Assembly (NCBI GenBank): GCA_013239625.1
Contig: MU053557.1
Coordinates: 5,281,842-5,345,841, forward strand
Length of the DNA: 64,000 nucleotides
Reading direction: 5' to 3'
DNA from: Lama guanicoe
Taxonomy: Eukaryota
A model generated the notes under the pieces. The model was not told where the DNA came from. It ran no database searches and was given only the letters and a program-made list of their open reading frames with translations. Positions 1-12,559 of this stretch are shown in pieces. Numbering within the stretch: the stretch's first letter is position 1; each line of letters starts with the position of its first letter. Made by a program: the position numbers and the translations under genes.

Positions 1-29
1 CCTCCCCTCCCTGTTTATTTTTTTCAATT

Positions 30-420
30 TTGGCTTCTCTCCTGTGCTTGACACTGCCATTTCTAATTGCTTACTGAACATCCTTATTTGGACATCTAAA
101 AATCTCAAACCTATGAAATCTTAAGTCGAACTTTTTGTTGCCTCCTATTTTTCCATTTCCTCCTCCATAATCCCATACACTATCCTTCTGTGTGGTCCAC
201 TTCAGAATTCATCTTAGATTTATCCATCTCCTTTAAGAGCCATCAAGAGCTGCACCAGTGAAATGTCAAACCTGCATTCCTGCGTCGTCGTGGAGTTTAT
301 GCCTTTGTCAGCCATAGCTTACAGGATGGAGTCCAGCTTCTTGGGATTACATAAGAAACTGATACTTCACTCCAGTCTTACCTCCTGCAGGTTCAGCCCC
401 GGAGTCTGGCATTCTAGTTG
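30..420 (+). mobile_element. Degenerate LINE-2 fragment
   Basis: aattgcttactgaacatcc..ttggacatct..ctcaaac resembles the L2 3' region. Boundaries approximate. Confidence 0.5.
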
Positions 421-859
421 ACTTTTTCCTGAGTGCTTTAATCGTATCATTCCAATTTTTCAGTCTTTCCCTCCAACCCCATAACTATTGCTGTTTGTGT
501 CTTCTTCTCCCTCATCCATTTTCCAAGTTCTCCCTCATTCTTTCATCTCTGACCTAGACTTCAGAGCCGAGGTGAGATATGTTCTTCCCTTGAAGCTTTT
601 CAAAACTATTCCTTCAAATAATACTGTACTACTTCATATCTAGTATAAGACCTTACAGTTCCTAATTGCCCCCCTATTCTCTGGTCTGTTGGTTTTATAC
701 ATTTTATTTTGTGTAACAAAATGCATTCTTGTTTTCCCTTTAGACAGTTATCTTTTAGAGCAATCGAAAATTTTTTAAATTAAAAAATGGATTTTATTTT
801 ATTTCCGTTTCTTTCATTTTATTTTTTTATTGTTGTGTATCATGTAGACCTCAGTTTTT

Positions 860-1390
860 GTCTAGTATATGTATATACAGTTATGCTAGTCTGCTGGCAG
901 TAAGTCCTCTTAGTGTTTATTTGTCTGAGAAAGTTTTTATTTCTCCTTCATCTTTTAAAAGATATTTTCTCTGGGTATAGAATTCTGGGTTCACAGTTAT
1001 ATTTCTGTGGTAAAGGTATCAGTCCATCTTCTGGCTTGTATGCTTTTCAGTAAGAAGTTGGCTATAATTCTTACCTTTGTTCCTGTGTATGTAATGTGTG
1101 TTTTTTCCTTTGGCTGTCTTCAGGATTTATCTTTATCTTCTGTTTTCAGCATTTTGAATATGATATGTGTAGGTGTGGGTGTTGTGTTGTTTTGTTTTGT
1201 ATTTGTCCTTCTTGGTATCCTCTGAGATTCTTGGATCTATAGTTTGGTGTCTGTCATTAATGTTGGAAAATTCTTGACCATTATGTCTTCAAATATTTCT
1301 TCTACCCATTGTCTCCTCTTTTTGGGATTCTAATTATGCATCAGCTAGGTTATTTAATGCATCCCACAGCGCTTGATGTTCTCTTTTTCC
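860..1390 (-). mobile_element. Old LINE-1 fragment (antisense)
   Basis: T-rich ttatttctccttcatcttttaaaagatattttctctgggtatagaattctgggtt, typical of antisense L1M. Confidence 0.7.
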
Positions 1391-2954
1391 TTCCCAGTTA
1401 GTCACCAAATAGGGCAACGTCTGAATTGTGTTAGTTTTTTCTTATGCCTCTTTTGGATATCTTAGGTTTGGGAAAGTCTTTTGACCCAGAAATTAGTAAG
1501 AACTATTCCAAAATAGAAGGTCATAAGGAATGCACTCAAACTAGTTTGGCCTGCAAGTAGGAAGTGAGAAGAGAGTTATAGACCAGTTGCATTGAGGAGT
1601 GAAGAGCTGCTGTGTGTATCCTCCAATCTGACGGACTTGCTCAGGGTAAGTGGTTATCTAAATCTATTCTTTTCTTCCTTAACTGCTTCACAAGACCATC
1701 AGACTAACTATTATTTTACTCTTATTCAGCGGGATAACCAACTATAGCCCCTTCATCCTAAACAAAATTAATGTGGATTACTTTTACAAATATTTTGTTC
1801 TTAAATGGGTCATGGGTCCTGGATTATGGCATCTTGATAGTATTAGGCTTATAGAACTTCACGAGGGCCTTTTTTTTCCCCTGTCAATTCCGAAACAGGA
1901 GACTTCCTGAGTCCTTTATCCAATATATTTTATCTCTTACTGGCTACAGTCATAAATTTGTTTATTCATTTATTCTTTCCTTTGTTCAAATATTTTATAA
2001 ACCTACTATCTCAGAGTTACTGTATGCTGATGATAATTACAGTGATGAACAAGATGTCCTTTCCTCCAGGAGCTGGAGAAACTCTTCCTTAACTAATACA
2101 CAAGTGTGGTTAGTACTGTAATGGAGGTGTGAAGTGCTATGGGACACAGATTCATTTGTACTACGGGAACTTGGTCAGTGCTTTGTAGGAGTGACAGTGT
2201 TTTCACTGGGTTTTAAAAATGACTAGGATCTTGATAGGCAGAGAAGTGGATGGTCATTCTAAGCTAAGCAAACAGCTAACAGAGAGGCAATAATTTGCTC
2301 AAGTATTGGGCAGACTGTTCCTTTGAAGGCCTGTTTCTTTTTCCTTCTCTTTTATGCTCATTACAAGACTTATTTTTTGTTGTTGTTGTCCTAGTCTCTT
2401 GTTATTTCCTAAAACTTTTATCTTTTCTGTCACTCATATTTTCTTTCTGTTTTCAACAATTAGTAAATTATTTAAAAAGGACCCCCCCCCCGCAAAAAAT
2501 CTTCCTTGTTTCAGGGACTTACAGGTAAAGTAGGTATCAAGGTTTGAGACTAGATCCTGTTTTGCAGTATTCCTGGGAGTGAAAAACCTGAAAAGAAGAC
2601 AGTTAATAACTTATAGAAAGGAGGAGACAGGCTACCCTAATACTGTTTCTGGAGGGAAAAACTGCAGGGGGAGCCAGGCAGAGATGGAGAAGAATATTGA
2701 TGGTTTATGCTTTTGGGAAGTCCTGTACCCAGTGAATTACTTACTTTGACTTGGTTGTGTATGGTCCAGTTCTTTTTTCCTCGATCAGGACAAATGAGGC
2801 TCAACTAAGGAAAGTAAACATAAGATACCTACTCCAAAACTGAACTCCTCTTAACTGTCATGAATGACAAGTAGAACTGTTAAAATGTGTGAGCTTTATC
2901 GGTTAACCCTGGTATTTTCTCTGGGGTAGGAAGCTGAAGCATCTATCTCCAGAA

Positions 2955-3656
2955 ATGTCTTCAGAAAGTAAAGGGCAAGATGACCTTTCATTCAAGGACT
3001 CCCTTGAAGGAGACGACCAGTACAGTCCTCCATCTAGGATCCGTCTGGAGGATGAAAAGGAATCAAGTACTATCTTCAAGGAAGAGGCCAATGATCAATG
3101 TATACCTTATCCTAGGATCCATTTGGAGCCTCAAGAGAAACCAAATACTAACTTCAAGCAGTTTGTCATGAAAAAACTACAAAAAAGTTGCCAGTGCAGT
3201 CCAACCAAAGCCAAAAATATGATTTTTGATTTTCTTCCTGTTCTGCGGTGGCTTCCAAAATACCAGCTGAAGAAAAACATTTTAGGAGATGTGATGTCTG
3301 GCTTGATTGTGGGCATCTTATTAGTGCCCCAATCCATTGCTTATTCTCTCTTGGCTGGCCAAGAACCTGTCTATGGTCTGTACACATCTTTTTTTGCCAG
3401 CATCATTTATTTCCTGTTTGGTACCTCCCGTCACATCTCTGTGGGCATTTTTGGAGTACTGTGCCTTATGATTGGTGAAGTAGTTGACCGAGAACTACTA
3501 AAAGCCGGCTATGACACTGCCCATATTCCTCCTTCTTCAGGAATGGTTTCAAATGAGAGCACATTATTAAACCAGGAATCAGACAGGATATGTGACAGAA
3601 GTTGCTATGCAATTACAGTTGGCAGCACTGTAACATTTATGGCTGGAGTTTATCAG
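2955..3656 (+). CDS. SLC26A2: SLC26A2 (DTDST sulfate/anion exchanger), first coding exon; exon starts at 2930 with 25 nt of 5'UTR
   Basis: MSSESK...[10 protein letters not shown]...[25 protein letters not shown]...[24 protein letters not shown] is the SLC26 signature. Acceptor gtag|g at 2929/2930, donor tatcag|gtaaga at 3656/3657, 702 nt, phase 0. Confidence 0.97.
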
Positions 3657-4640
3657 GTAAGAAACAATGGAGTAAGTGGTTGTCTCTGGCTTAAGAAATC
3701 ACTATATATGAAATCTCAGATCTGTAAGGGACCTTAGAGATCATAATAGTTAAAGCTATCATTTATTGAACGCTCAGGATATATGAGAGGTAGAGCCAAA
3801 ATTTAAACCCTGGTTTGACTCCACAGGTAAGACAAGACTGCTTCTATTTTCTCGACCCTAGCCTGCCTCTTAACCAGTGACTCTCTGTCAGCCAGATTTT
3901 AATTATTTGATTGTAAACATTTAAACCAGAAAGGGGCCTCAGACCACATAGTACAACTTCTTAATTTTATATGTCGAGAATTGTTGGGTTTGCCTGAAAC
4001 TATGTGTGGTTGGTTATTGGTAGAGTCAGCATTAACAAGCAGGAGGGTAATGATGAGGGTGGGGAGCGGAGGAATGCAAGAGTTTTTCAAACTATAGGCG
4101 ACCCCCTCACCTTTTAGAATTACTGCTCTAGTGGGTGACTCTCACTAAAGGTAGTAGTTTTCTTGGACTGTTGGGGACCACTATTTTATACTATAAGTCA
4201 GGAGAAAGGATTAGAATGAAATTCTTCTTGGGTCCCCCATAGACTCCACTAATCTGCCATTATCATCAAGCTCCTGCCTTTTGGCATCCAGGAGTCATTG
4301 CCAGCATTAAATCTCTTCTCTGTTACGGACATTTGGAACCAATATGGGAAGGGGAAGAGTAGCTCACTCCATTTGGTGTTTGGATGAGGAGGAGAGGGAG
4401 AAGAGGCTGGAGTGTGAAAGAGCTGTGCTCCTCAGAGTTCATTTTTGCTTTTTTGTTAGTATGCCTCACCAAGAATGAGGAAGGGTGCAATGGAATTCTG
4501 AGGAATTATTGGGAAGAGGAAAAGATAAAGAAATAAAATGTATCTTTGAGGATGCAGAATTAACATGGGAAGCAATATGGCATAACATTGGATAAGAGTA
4601 GTTTCTCAATTTGAGGTTAAAGAGAGTTCTATAATAATTT

Positions 4641-4724
4641 TTTTAAATTAAAAAAATTTTTTTCTTTTTTTTATTAATCAGTTTACAATGTTAGTTTCAG
4701 GTGTAAAGCAAAGCAATTTAGTTA
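4641..4724 (-). mobile_element. Very short 5'-truncated L1 3' end with a 14-bp TSD
   Basis: TSD ttctataataattt at 4627-4640 and 4725-4738, flanking a T-rich tail plus tttacaatgttagtttcaggtgta. Confidence 0.75.
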
Positions 4725-5217
4725 TTCTATAATAATTTAAAAAGTGTGATTCTATTTTGATGTGAATTTAATTTTTTTGTTTTATCAGTTAAAATTTAAT
4801 TTTTGTCATTCACAGAAATGATTTGTAATTTAAAGAAAATATAAGGTTTTTTAATTAGAACTTTTCCAATTTAAGTTTTTATGAGTTCTCATGGATTCCT
4901 GAGAATTTTTTTCAAAGTGGTCTGAACCTTATTCAAGTTTAAGAAACATTGTACAAGAAGGTAGGAATCCTAAGTTCTTGTGTTGCCTCAGCCTAGTGAG
5001 TAATAGTGTGACCCTGGGCAAGTTGCTTAGCCTTCTAAGTGTCAGTAAAATGAGCCCTCTCCTTGTAAAATGAGAGGATTGATATATGATTGTGTTTTTT
5101 CTAGCTCTGACATCCTGTGATGCTCTGATGGTATGTCTCCACACAAATGCCAAGGGAATACAGGATTTAGAGGCTTTTTTCCATTTATATTTAACACATG
5201 TATATCCTTTCTTTCAG

Positions 5218-6738
5218 GTAGCGATGGGCTTCTTTCAAGTGGGCTTTGTTTCGGTCTACCTCTCAGACGCCTTGCTGAGTGGATTTGTCACTGGTGCCTC
5301 CTTCACTATTCTTACATCTCAGGCCAAGTACCTCCTTGGGCTCAGCCTTCCTCGGAGTAATGGCGTGGGCTCACTCATCACTACTTGGATACATATCTTC
5401 AAAAACATCCATAAGACTAATCTCTGTGATCTTATCACCAGCCTTTTGTGCCTTTTGGTTCTTGTGCCAACCAAAGAACTCAACGAGCATTTCAAGTCCA
5501 AGCTCAAGGCACCGATTCCTACTGAACTCATTGTCGTGGTGGCGGCCACATTAGCCTCTCATTTTGGAAAACTAAATGAGAAATACAGCACCAGTATTGC
5601 TGGACATATTCCCACTGGGTTTCTGCCACCCAAAGCACCAGACTGGAACTTAATTCCTAATGTAGCTGTGGATGCAATAGCTATTTCTATTATTGGTTTT
5701 GCTATCACTGTATCACTTTCTGAGATGTTTGCTAAGAAACATGGCTACGCAGTCAAAGCTAATCAGGAAATGTATGCCATTGGCTTTTGCAATATCATCC
5801 CTTCCTTCTTCCACTGCTTTACTACTAGCGCAGCTCTTGCAAAGACATTGGTTAAAGAATCCACAGGCTGCCAGACTCAGATCTCTGGTGTGGTGACAGC
5901 TCTTGTTCTTTTGTTGGTCCTCTTGGTAATAGCTCCATTATTCTATTCCCTTCAGAAGAGTGTCCTTGGTGTGATCACGATTGTAAATCTCCGAGGAGCC
6001 CTATGTAAATTTAAGGATCTGCCCAAGATGTGGAAGGTTAGCAGAATGGATACAGTTATCTGGTTTGTTACTATGCTGTCCTCTGCACTGATAAGTACTG
6101 AAATAGGCCTGCTTGTCGGGGTTTGTTTTTCTATGTTTTGTGTCATCCTCCGCACTCAGAAGCCAAAGAGTTCATTGCTTGGCTTGGTGAAAGAGTCCGA
6201 AATCTTTGAATCCACGTCTGCCTACAAGAACCTTTGGACTAAGCCGGGCATCAAGATTTTCCGCTTTGTAGCCCCTCTCTACTACATAAACAAAGAATAT
6301 TTTAAATCTGCTTTATACAAAAAAACTCTCAACCCAGTCTTAGTGGAGGCAGCTCAGAAGAAGGCAGCAAAGAAAAAGATCAGAAAGGAAATAGCAACTC
6401 TCAGTAGAATCCAGGATGAAGTTTCAGTGCAGCTTTCCCACGACCCCTTAGAGTTCCACACCGTGGTGATTGACTGCAGTGCAGTGCAGTTTCTGGACAC
6501 TGCAGGGATCAACACACTGAAAGAGGTGCGCAGAGACTTCAGAGCTGTTGGCATTCAGGTTCTGCTGGCTCAGTGCAATCCCTCCGTGAGGGATTCCCTG
6601 GCCCGGGGAGAGTATTGCAAACAGGAAGAAGAAAACCTTCTCTTTTATAGTGTATATGAAGCAATGACTTTTGCCGAAGAATCTCAAAATCAGAAAGGAA
6701 CATATATTCCCAATGGTCTGAATTTTTCCACTGATTGA
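5218..6738 (+). CDS. SLC26A2: SLC26A2 last coding exon (remaining TM domain plus STAS domain); total protein 740 aa
   Basis: Acceptor ctttcag|gta at 5217/5218, in frame with ORF 5086..6738. [17 protein letters not shown]..., [12 protein letters not shown] motif [14 protein letters not shown], stop TGA 6736-6738. Confidence 0.97.
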   Translation, partial: VAMGFFQVGFVSVYLSDALLSGFVTGASFTILTSQAKYLLGLSLPRSNGVGSLITTWIHIFKNIHKTNLCDLITSLLCLLVLVPTKELNEHFKSKLKAPIPTELIVVVAATLASHFGKLNEKYSTSIAGHIPTGFLPPKAPDWNLIPNVAVDAIAISIIGFAITVSLSEMFAKKHGYAVKANQEMYAIGFCNIIPSFFHCFTTSAALAKTLVKESTGCQTQISGVVTALVLLLVLLVIAPLFYSLQKSVLGVITIVNLRGALCKFKDLPKMWKVSRMDTVIWFVTMLSSALISTEIGLLVGVCFSMFCVILRTQKPKSSLLGLVKESEIFESTSAYKNLWTKPGIKIFRFVAPLYYINKEYFKSALYKKTLNPVLVEAAQKKAAKKKIRKEIATLSRIQDEVSVQLSHDPLEFHTVVIDCSAVQFLDTAGINTLKEVRRDFRAVGIQVLLAQCNPSVRDSLARGEYCKQEEENLLFYSVYEAMTFAEESQNQKGTYIPNGLNFSTD

Positions 6739-9700
6739 TTGAGAAAGTAGGTGGAAGGATGAATACTGTCTAGCCAACAGGCTAAAATTTCAGGTGTATA
6801 ACATAGCATCTGGCTTTTAATTGGAAAGCACCATTCCTCTCGGGCACAGTCTTAACAGGAGTCTGATGGCTGAGCAGGTTTGTGAAATCTCACCAGCCAG
6901 CCCCACATTGTACAGAACACTTTTAGTAATACATTTGATGTTTTAGTCATGTCTTTTTGTTTAGGGTAAGTATGTAAGAAAAGAACTCTTTATAATCAGC
7001 AAAAATAATGAGAATCCTCCCTATCTTCTGTGGTCCCTATCTGTCCCTGTTTCTGAGCATTTCTCTACCATTAAGCTCTGTTTTAGCTTTGTCATTTACT
7101 GTGTTTCCCATAGAATCTGTCCTAACTGATAACCAGTGTCAGGTTTGCCAGATACAAGGCAGAAAGCTGAGCCAGCAATTTTATATAGCATTTTAAATGA
7201 GCCTGAGGCAAACTGTTAGGGACAGATTGCAAAAAGGAATGATTGACAGTTTCCCTTAAGAATTTGTTTATTTAGCAGTGATTTTTTTTTCCCCCTTCCC
7301 ATGGCATTTTAGCAAGGGTCGGCTGGGGACTGACAGTCTTTCTCATATTTGAGAAGCCACTGTTCATCATTACTCTACAAGGAAAATGTAACCAGTAGAA
7401 AAGAGTGCACAGAAGTGATAAAGTACTTCCAAAAAAACATCAATAATTAATTTATAGATGTTTTGGTGAAAACAAAGCTAATGCTTACTGCCATGCACCC
7501 TTTTGATGTACAATAAATATTGATGACAGTGACAGATTTCAACTCTTTGGGCCACCTAAAACTATTATGCAAGAGGATTTGGAAGCATTACATTCATACA
7601 ACCCAAGTTCTGCAGGTGTATTATGTATGAGAGCTGGTCACAGATTGTGGCACAGGAATAGTTCCTTTTGAAAAACATGTCCTACATTGAAAGCTTATAG
7701 TTCTGTATCTGGACCTTAATGGGTGAGGGAAAAAAAGTAAGTTTTCCAAAGTTAGGACTAAGAGACTAATTTATGTGAGATTGAAACATTTAGCCACACC
7801 ATTTAAAACAAAATAAAAATTGCAAAAGTGCTGAATCATTTTTTAAACCTACTCCTACTTTCTAAACATTTTAAATATTTATGAGAAGCAAACCTTACAT
7901 CTATTGGAATGGGATGCTTTTAGGCATACTTAACTTTCTTGTTGGCTCCATAAACTGTCAAGTGTTGATTTTCTTTTGGTAGAAATCTGCCCATCAGTTT
8001 ACATGGAAAATGCCTTTCCGTATTAAAACAAAGCTGTTCCTTGGGAGCTGCATTTCTATCTTTGAGGTCATTACATGATTAAATGTAATAGTGTCCTGAA
8101 TTTTGACATCCTTTTAGGACTTAAGTCTAGAGTCTCAGAAATGTTAACTACTGTTTGTATTTGTGTGGTTTTTGTTTATTTTTAGCCAATATTTGCATTT
8201 TCTATCTAGTCTTATGACTAGCAATGGTAAAATTACTGTGTCTTTGTCTGTCATTTGTTTTTACTCTCTCTCGTCCTTCCCCCAAGCCAGGTCTGAATCC
8301 ATACCATTATAGATATCTAATGCCATTGATGGAGTAGTGAGTACATGTTCACGATGACTAATTTAGAAAAAACAAGTGCAGCAAAAAAAAAAAAAAAGTC
8401 AGTCCAAAGAATTTGGAAAATCTCTTTGAAGAACAAAGTAACAGGATTTGATCTTTACCTGACATTTCTGTCCATATGTGGGTATAAATAGTTCTGGAAC
8501 TTTATACAATTAGCAAATTCTTGAATTGTGTGCTGGTTTATTCTTCTCCCACCTATACAAACAAACAAACAAACAAATAAGAGATTCTGCTTTTAGAAGC
8601 CATTTGTAAAAACATTTAAGGTATCACTATAATTTATATCTCACCTTCTTCTCTGCTTGGATTGAGGTCTACCAGCACTTACACATTGTTCAGCTTTTTT
8701 GACTGCTAATTTTTTAAAGGAGTCAAACCTGAAACCAAAGCCTAATTCACAAACAAAACTAATGTTTTCATTTGCTTTCTTACTCAAGGACTTGGACTTT
8801 AGTCATTAAGTGATATTTTACACATTTTATTGATACGGAAATATCTTGCTTACTCTAAATTGTAGAATCTAAATGAAGCATATTCTCATTGCTTATTGAC
8901 AGATGTACAAAATTCTGAATATATTAAAATGTCCATTTAATTGAAATGTAGTGTGTATACTATTGATGGTTAAAACTCTTACAACCAGAGGGATGGAGTT
9001 TGCCAGTGCACAGAGAGATTAAGGATAATATTCAAGAGACAGGTGAATGGAATAGACCATTGAAAAGACTATCTGACCAACCGAGGGAGGAAAGAAAGGG
9101 ACTCAGATGAATAGGATCCAATTCTTGGTTAGCCCCACACAACAATAAGGAGATCAGGAGAAAGAGCCACACTTCTGCTGCACCTTAGTTTGAGAGCAAG
9201 GTCAGACTGGATTGTTCCTAGAAGGGGAGGGGCACCTGGTAGCTAAGGTTGGGGTAAGTACCTTGGTTGATGTACTCTAGAGCACTAGATTGAGTGCCTG
9301 TAGTCTGATGGTGGTAAAACTGGCAGGTGTCTAGTTGACTTTTTTTTTTTAAGAAGCAGCAAAGGAAAACAAGGTTTGGATAGTCCGACTTAGCTTTTAA
9401 ACGATAGTAGACATTGAAGCCAAAATTTGTTGGTAAATCTACAGTATGGTAAATGGTGATCTTTAAATATGTGTCATTGGTGTTAGATGAGTTCATTAGA
9501 CTCTTTTAATGTTGATGACCACATTTTAACAAGAATAGTAGTTATCTGCAGAGGTATTCTGTTAGTAATTTGTCATTTAAGAATATATTGGGTGTTAGCC
9601 ATGATCTTAATGTAAAAGTGAGAAAAAGTCTATAATGAATTTCTTGGGAAGTTAATTTGAGCCTAGAAGTTACAATGATAAATGGTGAATTCAAGCTCTG

Positions 9701-10144
9701 TGATGCTTATTAATGTTCTTAATGGATTATTTTCTGCTATCTATTGCTATAGGTGAGCCATAGCATCAAGGTAGACAATTAACTCTTAACACTTCTTAAG
9801 GATCTATGCAGGAGTCTAGGGCCAGGTGCCGGGACAGTAGTACTAAACCCGTGGTAACTCTACTAGGTAATACACAGGGGCACTTGGTTAAAGCTTAGCC
9901 TGGGCTGAGGGCTGAGTGGGAGGCAGACAACTGATGCAAACAAGGAGGCATTGATGCCCTGGTCTATTCAAGGAATGATTGCACAGTGATATTACTTTGC
10001 TTAATTTTTCTGTTCTTTATCTTTAATGTCTTTTTTTCTTTTAATATTTTATCTGTTTTAGTGGTGCCTTATTTGAAATGGCTTTAAAAACTGCAAAAAG
10101 AAAAAATTGGATCTAGAAAGCTTTTATATTGTGAACTGATTAGG

Positions 10145-10191
<47 letters not shown>

Positions 10192-11460
10192 GTATGTATA
10201 TATATATATATGTATTTTAGATAATCATGAATGGAATCATTCATTGGAGTGCTAATAACACTCAAGTAGGCCAAAATAATATAACAGCTAGTCTGTTATA
10301 GCCTATTATTAAAGTAAAATACTATTGCAATACTGTAAGTATACAATTTTAGGGTTTTGGGTTTTTTTTAATGTTAGTAACTTTAGAAATGGAGAATTTA
10401 GATGTGGGAGTGGGGGAGATCTATTTTTATAAGGTAATTTTTTTCCCTAACTATATTTTTAAAATTTATTTTAAAGTAAACATGTTAAATACAGTTAGGG
10501 AAGTTAAATAAACATTATACCAAGTAGTGGATTTTTGTGTATTTTATTTTTCTCTTAGTGATGTAAAGCTAACTAGGAGACCTTGAATTAAACGTAGGAG
10601 ATAAACTGAATTAAGAAAACTGGAACAATGAAGGACACTACGTGCTTTTACTGGATATACCATGTTTGTAAAGCTACACTGGAACCTTATATAACCTTTC
10701 TTGGACTTCAGTTATGGCTCTGAAATCAGCCAAATAATTATAATCTTACTGTAAAATATCAATGACAGAATTTTCTAACTGAAGGTTTTTTTACTTGGCA
10801 AACAGACAGGCAGCCTTAGGCAGAAAGGATTTTTAACTGCAGTTCTAAGAAACTTTAAGGAGGTTCTCCTTCCCCACTGCCATTGTCCATCCTCAAAGTA
10901 ATGTTCCATGGAATGAAACTGCTCTTGCTTTTCAGTTCAAATCAGTTGGGAAATTACTGTTTGAGTTCTTGGTGCTGCCATGATTTCTCAAAAATTAGTG
11001 TGAGCAAACCAATCTATATAAAACACTAACTTTTTTAATCTCCTTTGCAATTTTATATGCAAATCAAGACAAATTCAGGGTGGTAGTTGAATGAACTTAA
11101 ATTCTCATTCTTGTCCGTTAACTAAAAAGTATACTGCCCTTTTTTCCCAATTAGTCGAGGCTAATGACTTTTAGGAATATGTTTTATACCACATATATCT
11201 TTTTTAATTAAAGCAAGTGCCTTGATGTTATTCCATATAAATCATGCCTAACCCTCTATGGGATGAGGATGAGTTATTGATGGATTACAGCCTATTGCGG
11301 GAGAGAGGGAGTTGATTAATATAGCAGATCCTTTTCTTCTGGAGGAATATGTTTGTGATGTTTATTATATAAGGTCTTATATGTGTTGAGGTCTAGAGGT
11401 GTCATGTCATTTTTCTGCCAATAAATTGCTATTCTAATAAAATATTACTGTGTCTAAATT
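6739..11460 (+). other. SLC26A2: Probable long SLC26A2 3'UTR ending at tandem poly(A) signals
   Basis: AT-rich, repeat-poor stretch. AATAAA at 11420-11425 and 11436-11441. The end point is inferred and earlier AATAAA hexamers exist. Confidence 0.55.
10148..10214. repeat. (TA)n microsatellite with TG interruptions
   Basis: Read directly from the sequence. Confidence 0.95.
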
Positions 11461-11573
11461 ATTTAAGTTCATGGAGGGGAGGTTCTAACTAAAATATATA
11501 TTTAGATGACCTAACACCAGTGAGCTTTAAAATACCACATCTTTACATTTGGAGGGTGAGCTAGTCATCAATT

Positions 11574-11576
<3 letters not shown>

Positions 11577-11621
<45 letters not shown>

Positions 11622-11650
11622 TATAAATGTGTGTGTGTGTATATATATAT
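11577..11650. repeat. (AC)21 followed by a short spacer, (GT)6 and (AT)5
   Basis: Read directly from the sequence. Confidence 0.93.
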
Positions 11651-12559
11651 AAAAAAGTAAATATAAATAAGATGGAAGGCTCTCTCCTTACAGAAAGCCA
11701 TAAAGTATAAAAAGACCCAATTCTTTCCTTTATGCTTTGTGATCCTGAGTCAGTTAACCCTTTGGGGATTCAGTTTTTCCATCCAGAGGGGAAGAGGTCT
11801 AGATTGCTTGAAGACACTTTCAGTTCCCATTTGCATGATTCCCATTACGTACTGTGTTGGAATCAAAATCCAAATCTGGCTCATGTTTTTACTAATGCCC
11901 TAACATTGAATTTTGAGCAGTGAATTTTGAGCCACATTTTTTCCCATCAGCAAATTGAGGCTGATACCTTATTCCGACTAGGTGAGAGAAATGGGAGTGC
12001 AGTTCCTACTGGAGCACAACCTTTTGTGAGAAATGATCTGCACCACCACCCTTTCCCCGTATCTGCCATGAGCCTCTTTTGGGATGTCCTCCCCCTTCTA
12101 CTTCTCAACTCTGTAGAAGTGGGAGTGTGGGTGTATAGGGTTAAGGACAGTTTTCAGTCTTTTGCAGTACTTCTGTAATCCTGGGCATTCTGCCCCAAAA
12201 CTCATACCCACCTCGCAGGGTGGAGGAGTTGGACTCAGTGGTCTTCTAAGGGCCCTTGCAGTCTTACATCCTGTGCACCTACCCTGTCTGCATTCAGCAT
12301 CTGAGATCCAGAGCTTCTGAAGTGCCTCCCATGCTCATTGTCTAGCATCAGCTCCAACTGACTTGGAGGACTCTGCTACCCCATCTGTCCTTTCAGTGCT
12401 CGTGTCCTTGGCTTCTTCTCCCCTTAAGTTTTTAAAGTTTAGATCCAATAGAGACTGATGAAAGTATGGCTCTTCTTGGAGAAATAGCCACATGTGCATG
12501 TATACACATACACATGATGATAAGAAATGCTGGTCATGGACCCCATATCATGAATACCT

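Noticed and set aside
3657..3737. C-terminal tail of the 260-aa ORF
   Set aside because: Lies after the gtaaga donor, so it is intron sequence.
5086..5217. N-terminal 44 aa of the 550-aa ORF
   Set aside because: Intronic read-through upstream of the acceptor at 5217; not SLC26-like.
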